This document shows, piece after piece, positions 54,635 to 64,000 of a DNA stretch of 64,000 nucleotides. The stretch is taken from the NCBI RefSeq assembly GCF_009914755.1, contig NC_060930.1, one strand, 5' to 3'. The stretch's first letter is position 1, and every line of letters starts with the position of its first letter. The notes under the pieces were generated by a model. The model did not search any database. It saw only the letters and a list, made by a program, of their open reading frames with translations, and was not told the DNA's origin. Origin of the DNA: the human T2T-CHM13v2.0 reference genome, Homo sapiens. The translations under genes were made by a program, and so were the position numbers.

Positions 54635-55549
54635 CAGTGGTCCGCTAAGTGTTGACCCCGACCAGCAGCAACAGCATCTCCCAGGAACTGGTTAGAAATG
54701 CAAATTCTCAGGCCAGGCCTCAGACCTACTCAACCTGAGGGTGCTGCACAGAAGTGGCTGAACAAGCCCTCCAGGTGATTCTGATGTGCTCCAAGCGTGG
54801 TGACCCTCCAGGTGATTCTGATGTGCTCCAAGCGTGGTGACCCTCCAGGTGATTCTGATGCGCTCCAAGCGTGGTGACCCTCCAGGTGATTCTGATGTGC
54901 TCCAAGCGTGGTGACCCTCCAGGTGATTCTGATGTGCTCCAAGCGTGCTGACCCTCCAGGTGATTCTGATGTGCTCCAAGCGTGGTGACCCTCCAGGTGA
55001 TTCTGATGTGCTCCAAGCGTGGTGACCCTCCAGGTGATTCTGATGTGCTCCAAGCGTGGTGACCCTCCAGGTGATTCTGATGTGCTCCAAGCGTGGTGAC
55101 CCTCCAGGTGATTCTGATGTGCTCCAAGCGTGGTGACCCTCCAGGTGATTCTGATGTGCTCCAAGCGTGGTGACCCTCCAGGTGATTCTGATGTGCTCCA
55201 AGCGTGGTGACCCTCCAGGTGATTCTGATGTGCTCCAAGCGTGGTGACCCTCCAGGTGATTCTGATGTGCTCCAAGCGTGGTGACCCTCCAGGTGATTCT
55301 GATGTGCTCCAAGCGTGGTGACCCTCCAGGTGATTCTGATGTGCTCCAAGCGTGGTGACCCTCCAGGTGATTCTGATGTGCTCCAAGCGTGGTGACCCTC
55401 CAGGTGATTCTGATGTGCTCCAAGCGTGGTGACCCTCCAGGTGATTCTGATGTGCTCCAAGCGTGGTGACCCTCCAGGTGATTCTGATGTGCTCCAAGCG
55501 TGGTGACCCTCCAGGTGATTCTGATGTGCTCCAAGCGTGGTGACCACAG
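54635..55549 (+). mobile_element. MER5A hAT-Charlie MITE whose 3'-terminal segment is expanded into a VNTR
   Basis: CAGTGGTC...ACCAGCAGCAACAGCATC..GGAACTGGTTAGAAATGCAAATTCTCAGGCC...AACAAGCCCTCCAGGTGATTCTGATG...CCACAG is colinear with the MER5A consensus as I recall it. Confidence 0.88.
54767..55543. repeat. Minisatellite/VNTR: 21 x 37 bp (CCCTCCAGGTGATTCTGATGTGCTCCAAGCGTGGTGA)
   Basis: Units start at 54767+37n through 55507. Only two substitutions seen: 54861 T>C (unit 3) and 54948 G>C (unit 5). Confidence 0.98.
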
Positions 55550-56149
55550 AGTGCATCCTTCCTGCTCTCACCCTCCATCCCAAACTGCAGTTAAGGTCTG
55601 GGCATTCACAGATGTTGTGTGTGGCTGCTTTTGTTGTTGTTGCCAACATTGAAATTGAAGGTGACGGTCAAGTTTCTCACTTGCAGCAGCACAAGTGTGA
55701 GTAGGACTCCTAGAGGCAGAGGCAGCCATGAAGTCAGAAATCCCTAAAGAATTTGCAGAGATGTTTGGGCCTCCACAGGCCAAGTAATGAAGAAGATTGT
55801 GCTAGTTTGCCCTGTGTTCTGGAAGCAGGGAGCACCCTCCCGGCATGTCCCTGTAATAAGTTCACCTTCTACCCTCCAGATGACTAGCTCACATCTTCCC
55901 TATCAAGCGTTTCATGCCCTTCCTTGCTGCTGCTTCTCAACACATGACTTTGCTTTACACTTCACTGACAAAAAAAAAAAAAAAGGAGTCACAAAATGGC
56001 AATCACCTCATTCTTCTTCCATTAAACTGGAAAATCTGCACCCCTCTTCTTCTACTCTACTCCTGTCTCTGGAGAGAGTAGATAGCCCCACCCATCACAG
56101 GCCCTTCTTCACCTGTTCCCTGGATTCCAACCACTCAAGGATTTCACTC

Positions 56150-56324
56150 CTGAAACTTCTCAACCTTAGCTCCAAGAATCACCTGCAGAACTTTAAAAAA
56201 CCCCAAAGCCCAGGCTGCAGTCCAGAGCAATTACATCAGAATGCCTGCATGGGGGACTGAAGCATCCACAGTTTCAAAGCTTCCCAGATGATTGCAACGT
56301 GCAGCCAAGGCTGTGAACCACCGT
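56150..56324. mobile_element. MER5A1-like MITE
   Basis: TTCTCAACCTTAGCT..AGAATCACCTG...AAAGCTTCCCAGATGATTGCAACGTGCAGCCAAGGCTGTGAACCACCG. Confidence 0.7.
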
Positions 56325-56329
56325 CCTCT

Positions 56330-57240
56330 CTCTGGACTGCAAACTCTCTTTCCTGGTTCCTCTCCGTCACCATAAAATAACACCCACTCTCTCTTGTCTT
56401 TAAAAAATTCTCCTTTGACCTTCGCTTCAACATCTAGGTGCTACAGAAAGTCTTGAGAAAGGTGCCATCTCCCGCCGTCTCTACTTTCTCGCCTCCTGTT
56501 TACAACACAGCCCATGACCATCTCCCTGGCTTCTGTCTCTATCACTTTAGTGAAACCGTCCTTTTCAAGATCATCGAAGACATCCATATTTCCACACTAT
56601 ATGGCCACTTTCCTCCCCTATCCTATTCAACTAATCATAGCATTAAACAGAGTTGACTGCTGTCTTGAATCTATCAATGTGTCTGGCTCTGGGCTCTTTT
56701 GATCTCCTTGCGCTCCACTGACTGCTCCTGCTCAGCCTCCTTTGTTGACTTCTCCTTTGTCTCAACTCTTAATTGTTAATGACCCTGAATCATTTGTGTC
56801 CGTTATTGCTCCTAACCGTGCCCATGTTTACATGTCTAGCTCAGCCATCTCCTTTGAGTTCTAGATTCACTTTATTCAAGTGCTTACTTGACGTTTTCAT
56901 TTGCATGTCTCATAGACATCACCAAATTAACATTTCTGAATGTAACTCTTAGCTTCACCCCCAGTGCTTCCCCTCCACTTCCCACAGTTTTCCCAGCTCT
57001 GAAAATGGCACCGCCATCAACCCAATTGGTCTAACAAGAAATCTAGAGTTATTCTTGAGTCCTCCCATTTCTTTACTTCTCATCTTGAATCCCTGTGCAA
57101 TTTTTGTTCTAAATACAAAATAGATCTCCAATCTAACCCCTTCTCATCTCCACTGGTACCAGCATGTTTAGTTTATCATCATCTTTGTCCTAGACCACAG
57201 CTTCCAAATTGGTCTCTGGTTTTTGTCCCACCTTCCTCCA
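56330..57240. mobile_element. L2 LINE fragments (further L2-like sequence at ~57720-58030)
   Basis: Pyrimidine-rich L2-like motifs such as TGCTTACTTGACGTTTTCATTTGCATGTCTCATAGACATC and AAATGGCACCGCCATCAACCCA. Confidence 0.6.
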
Positions 57241-58239
57241 ATCCTTTCCATGAACTGAAAACCTAGGGGAGGTCCCTGTACAGCCTCTAGAACAAGAACG
57301 CCTCCAGACCTAAGTGACTTTTTCAGAACAGAGGTATCTGGAAGCTGCTCATCATGGATACAACTGAAGATCAAGGCAGCAATTAGAAGGTTATTAGATT
57401 GTCCACCTCCTGAGTAGTTATCCTGAAAGTTAATATGTCAAGCAACTTAACTAACCCTTTTCCCGTCAAGAAGAGTGGTCACATAAGTTGAAATGAATGC
57501 AGACACATATCCCATTTACACACATGATATAATCCAGAAAAGTTGCAAACAAACCAAAGTCTGGGTAAATTATAGCATTCCTGAAATTTCCTAGAGTTCT
57601 GAACAGTTATATGTAGCCTAGGATTTTCTTTTTGTAATAAAAAGAAAGTCAATAACAAACTCTTGATTGATAAGTATGAATTTTTAAATACAATTTTCTT
57701 AGAATAGGTTGCTTCCTACATACTCTTCCATCTCATTCTCTTTTGCTGACTCCTTCTCTACTGGACTCCTAAATGATGGTGTTCCTGAAGGCTAGATACT
57801 ATATCCTATTTCCTTCTTTATCTATATTTTCTCCCTAGGTACAGATAACTCCCAAATATATATCTCTGATTTTCTTCTCCAGATTCACATACCTATTTGT
57901 CATTTCTGCTGTCTATCTATGGTTATCTCCAACTTAACATATTCAAAATCTTAATTTATATATCTGTAACTCTGATCCTCTCAGTATTTTTCATCTCTGT
58001 AAATATCACCCCATCAACCAGTTGCAAATGCCTCACATCTGGTTTTAAGATTACTATCAAGAGTTCATTTTTTGAACTGCACATGGCCCAGTTAACATTT
58101 CCTGTTACCATTTACCTTGAATATCTGTCTCATAGATAGGAGTGTTGGGTACAATATGATGAGGATGGATGTATAGGGAGTGTAGGAATAGCTTGGCGCC
58201 TTTTGCCAACACTAGTGGAACAGGTAATTCCCAAGCCAT

Positions 58240-58390
58240 GCTGGGCATGGTGGTTCATGACTGTAATCCCAACACTTTGGGAGGCTCAGGCAGGAGCACT
58301 GCTTGAGCCCAAGAGTTCGAGACCAGCCTGGACAACATAGTGACACCACGTCTCTACAAAAAGTAAATAAATATAAATATAAAACAAAGA
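58240..58390 (+). mobile_element. FLAM/left Alu monomer
   Basis: Single left-arm monomer ending in TCTCTACAAAAA plus an A-rich tail. Confidence 0.85.
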
Positions 58391-59189
58391 AAAGATCAGT
58401 AGGACCAAGGTGTATGTTCTAGATGAGTAGCAAATATTGTTGTGCACTTATCTATATCTAGGACAGATTAACCCTGATTCAAATGTGACTTTCACATACA
58501 AGGATCATTCAAAATCAGCAATAATATGGGCTCATTTTGGATGATGTTAGAGAGCAGTGCATATGGGGTAGGGTGCCATGGGAAGTCTCCTGCCCCATGT
58601 GAGCTTTCATATCTTTCACTGCCTTATTTCCTAGGACCTAGAAGTGGTCTCTCCCACATTGATGCTGCTGCAACATCTGCATCTGCCTCTGGAACTTAAA
58701 ACAGCTTCGTACAAAGTGTGGGAGCAGGGGAGAGGTATGAAAGGGCAGAGATGAAGATGAGGAGAAAATGCTATGTGTGACTGAGGCACAAAACAGAATT
58801 GATAGAGAAATCATTGAACTTGACTGAGTTTTATTTGAATATAACTAGATTAAGCTTCTGCCGCAGACAGAAAGGAAGACTGAAAATAGCACTAGAGATC
58901 AAGTTATATTATATTAAAGTACAGCTACATCTTTGCACATCCAGAGTTATGGTTTGCAAAATTTGCACCCACTATGCACATAAACAACTTTGTGGAATCC
59001 TTTAGATATACAGACTTTCTGTTCTTAAAGTAGGGGGATAGAGAGGTTAGTTCTACTATGAACAGCGTCGACTTTATTTTATTTTTCTGAAGTCAGAGTT
59101 ATAGACTCTAATAGTTTTGATAATCAAGCTTAATAAGCCCAATTTGTTTACAGAGTAATAGTGTACAGAGGTTATACTGTCAACATATA

Positions 59190-59260
59190 TTAGGTTGGTG
59201 AGGTTGGTGCAAAAGTAATTGTGATTTTTGCAATTACTTTTAATTACAAAACTGCAATTA
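59190..59260. mobile_element. MADE1 (Hsmar1 mariner MITE), right TIR truncated
   Basis: TTAGGTTGGTG-AGGTTGGTGCAAAAGTAATTGTGATTTTTGCAATTACTTTTAATTACAAAACTGCAATTA. Confidence 0.85.
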
Positions 59261-59492
59261 ATAGCTCCACAAATAACTAACTGCAACTTTAGACAATCTC
59301 CAATTAATCCCGAAATAAATGTATAGCAGCATTGACTTCACATATAGAGGTTTTATCCTCATACACATGGAGGATGAATTTTCTATCTTTCTCTTTCAAT
59401 CATTAAAGATGGTATATGTAGGAGAGGCATATGTATTTAGAATAATCTTACTACCCCTTCAAAAAGAGATGTATTGGAAATACATGAGCTTG

Positions 59493-59772
59493 TTTTTTTT
59501 CTTTTTTCAAAGACGGAGTCTTGCTCTGTTGCCCAGGCTGGAGTACAGTGGCACAATCATTGCTCACTGTAACCTCCAACTCCCGAACTCAAGCAATTCT
59601 CCCACTTCAGCCTCCCAAGTAGCTGGGAGTACAGGTGTGCACCACCACACCCATCTAATTTTTAATTTTTATTTTTTAGAGACTAGGTCTCAAACTCCTG
59701 GCCTCAAGCGATCCTCCCATCTTGGCCTCCCAAAGAGCTGGGAGTATAGGCATGTGCCATGGCACCCCGCCA
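59493..59772 (-). mobile_element. AluJ-like element ~45 bp into intron 4 from the exon 4 donor
   Basis: Reverse Alu dimer with an internal deletion. Confidence 0.88.
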
Positions 59773-59788
59773 AATAGGTGAATTTTTA

Positions 59789-60139
<351 letters not shown>

Positions 60140-61125
60140 TTATAGCTGAAGGGACAGGAGTAATCCATTAGAATTATTCTTGACTTGAAGAAACATACAA
60201 ATCAGGCAAGTCTGCAAATTACTTTGATTGTAAGCAGGAGAACCTTCAAGAGCAAAACTTATTCACTTCATTTGTTTTCTATAAAGCATGTAGAGGATTC
60301 CACATTAAGACAAGCAAACAGTGCTCCATTTTAACCTCCCTAATTACTAATTTCAAAGATCTTTAAAAGAGTCTTTGGTAGGCATATTGTCAGAGAGAGA
60401 ACATTCTAAGGAGGTGGTTACATAAGTTACTGCTGTGCAATTCTGTGAGGATGCTTAATCTTAATGAAAATAATAATTTACACAGTGCAAACCACTGAGA
60501 AAGATTAGAACTTCAACACTTTGCTATTAGGGATATAGGTTATACCACTCAGAATGAATATCACATATACTTGTAAATCCAGCACAAATTTAAACATTGT
60601 TTTCTGCCTAGGTGCCATGGCATCTAAGTAATGCTCTTGAAGACTCATGGGACTCAGCCTCTCAGGAGCCCCTCCATAAACCCACCTGCATAAGCATGTT
60701 TGTTCCAGAGGCACCCATCTCCTGTTTCTGCTCCCTCTTCGTGCATACTCAATCTTGGGATGAGCTTGCCCTTTTTACCAGAGGCTTTGTTTTTCTCTGG
60801 AACCCCTTTCACTGTTGACGTGTAGACATCAAAGGCAATCTTGCCAGGTAAATGGGACCCATAATTCATTTATTACAGTGGTTCCCAGCAGCTGTTGTCA
60901 CTAAATACTGATTTAGATTCAGAATACGTCGTATTTAAAAAGATGCAAGTTTAGTAAAAATAAACTTAGAGATAAAAATCTACGTGTTAATGATAGATTT
61001 AAAAAAAAAATAAGGGATGAAAGGAATTTTAAAGCTAATTATGTAAGGATGCACTTTGGGGAATAGCAAAAAACTAGAGAAGTACATCTGAAAGCACTCT
61101 TTGTACCTGTTATGTGCTCAACCTC

Positions 61126-61196
61126 AGCTTCACCTTTGTGCTAACTTCCACTTTTGTTTTAAAAGCTTCACCTTTGTACTAACTTCTACTTTTGTT
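61126..61196. repeat. 33-bp direct duplication with a 5-bp spacer
   Basis: AGCTTCACCTTTGT(G/A)CTAACTTC(C/T)ACTTTTGTT twice, period 38. Confidence 0.88.
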
Positions 61197-61937
61197 GGGA
61201 ACATGGAAAGAATGAAGACAATCACTAGTTTCCACTGTTACACTTTAAATTAAGACTTCAAAGACTCATATTGAATTTCACCTATCAAATCCAAGTTATA
61301 CAAAAATAGTAAAGCAAAAGGAAAGCTATGCTTTTTCATGCTGACTTTGAATCCAGTCATAACCTAATTTAAAGACTACTTCTGACATTTTTCATTCATA
61401 TATTGATATTGCCTACTATGTGCTAGACATTATCCTAAGTGCTAAGGATACAACAGTGAAGAAAACAGACAATAACTTCTGTGCTCATAGAGCTGATATT
61501 CCACAGAAAAAGCCAAAGCATGTGGCTTACCATGTTCTTATTACCCCTTTATTCCCTATAACAAAAGATGAGAAGGAAACCATTATCATCATCCTAATTT
61601 GACAAATCAGGAAACTAAGAGTCATTAAGCAACTTACCTAGGGTGATACAACTAGCAAATAGTGGAGTTCAGATTTGAACCCAGACCATCTGGTTTGAGA
61701 GTCGGCCTGTTCTAAGCTCTATGGCAGCTGTGTGAGTTGAAAATGTTTTGGAGTTGATGAGAACCATGTCAAATTCTGACTCCACTATTAACTACTGGTG
61801 CAACTTCAGGCAAATCACTTACTTGTCTTAGCTTCCATTTTCTTGATTCTTTGCAGTTTAGTTTGGGAAATAAAAAGACAATAGATTTTATAATATAATG
61901 AAAGCTTTATGCTTAGCACACAGTAGGGGCTGGCTGA

Positions 61938-62248
<311 letters not shown>

Positions 62249-62905
62249 AATTGTTTTTTTTTTTTAAGTATAACTTCTACTAGAAAGTAAAGGCAGAAGG
62301 AAGAAGGGGTGATTTCTTTTTTCCTCTCTGGTTCTGAATCTGAAGAAAGGTGAATGTCCCAAGGAAAGTACGTTACTTGTGTTGATTGAGATATTGTGGC
62401 TAAGGGGAAAGCAATTCAGCTGGCTCTAACACTTCTGTGTGATCTCGGGCAAAGCACTCATCCCCTGTCAACTAAAACTTTGCTTCTTCTACAAAATGGA
62501 GATCATGGTGGTCATAGTTTGTGATGGGGAGGGCAGCTTAATAATTGGTAGTTATCATTACTTCCCTGTTGTCCTGGGCTTTCTGATTCCTCTAAGTGAT
62601 CCTTCTCTGCTCCATCTGTGGGAAATTAGGATGGGTTTACCAATTGCCAACAAACCTATCAAAGCCCAAATCTATTTCAAAGGCCAATTCATCCCAAACT
62701 AAAAAACCTTGAGCTGACTGATTTTTCCATCAGGAGAACTTGTAGAAGTAAAAAAAGAAAAAAAAAAGGGTTGCCATTTATTAGTAACCAAAAGCCTTAA
62801 TAATTCCAGAATCATCATGGAGTCACCTGAAACCTCCCATTCAATCATAATTTCTGATTTTCTGAGTTGTTAATGATCAATGTAATCTCCATTCATCCTT
62901 TAGAG

Positions 62906-63450
<545 letters not shown>

Positions 63451-64000
63451 CCTTAGAGGATTTCACATTTTATTTATTTAAGGAGCGATTTATTACAGAC
63501 TCTTGAAGTCTAACACTTGAGCCTAAGAAGAAAATACCATCACCTAGCTTCTCCTTCCAAGGAGAAATATGTTTCTAAACTATTCGCAAACATCTGTACT
63601 ACTAGTAGGTCAACCTTTAGTTTCCTTAAAGTCGCCTAAATTCCCCACAGTCTCAGGGGGTGTTGAAAACATAGGAAGTTTGTAGCTTTTTATTGATTTT
63701 ATGATTCATGGCTAAAATATTCAATTTTAAGATTGCAAAAGTTGTTTAGAGTTGCCAAGGCAGTTCACATAGTGATGCAAATAAAGTGACAGGAAATAAG
63801 TTTTATTTCTTGGGGTCCTTACAAAACCTCTGTGAGGAAATTTTTACAGATGGGAAACTGAGGCTTGGTGAGGGCGTCATGTGTGCACATCACATAGCTA
63901 GGCAGAAGTGGAGACAGAACTGGGGACAGGGAAGCCTGTTCTCTTTGCTCCATGTCATGCTTCCTCTGTGGAGGAAGGTGGAGAATGGCAAAAGGGATCT

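Noticed and set aside
54767-55543. 37-bp direct repeats resembling a CRISPR array
   Set aside because: The units are head-to-tail with no unique spacers, there are no cas genes, the context is a primate intron, and the unit derives from MER5A.
54692-55649. 280-307 aa ORFs as a novel protein-coding gene
   Set aside because: They arise from a stop-free tandem repeat. Two of the three track starts are non-ATG, and there is no gene structure or codon-level divergence between units.
59319-59777. Alu-containing ORFs (also 3573, 3871, 18828, 21604, 61981, 62867)
   Set aside because: Typical Alu-derived translations ([14 protein letters not shown]) with no evidence of coding function.

Overview
Human (or very closely related ape) genomic DNA from inside the coagulation factor XIII A-subunit gene F13A1, which runs on the minus strand. 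Five coding exons are present, matching the known exons 4-8 (252, 119, 108, 175 and 139 nt). All have GT-AG boundaries and join in frame, and exon 7 carries the transglutaminase catalytic motif GQCWVF. The rest is intron, mostly transposon-derived: a full-length but inactivated young L1PA2/3-type element with a 17-bp TSD, a 3'-truncated L1PB-type element, ancient L1M fragments, about 12 Alu/FLAM copies, several hAT MITEs, a MADE1, an MLT LTR, MIRs and L2s. I found no new gene or CRISPR-like system. The two best leads are: (1) the L1 antisense promoter and an open ORF0 point in the F13A1 direction, and the second ORF0 splice donor has the same phase as F13A1 intron 8, predicting an in-frame ORF0-FXIII-A C-terminal fusion; (2) a near-perfect 21 x 37-bp minisatellite amplified from the end of an ancient MER5A. 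Several small template-switch or templated-insertion scars are also visible. Repeat subfamily calls are from recalled consensus features, not a database search.
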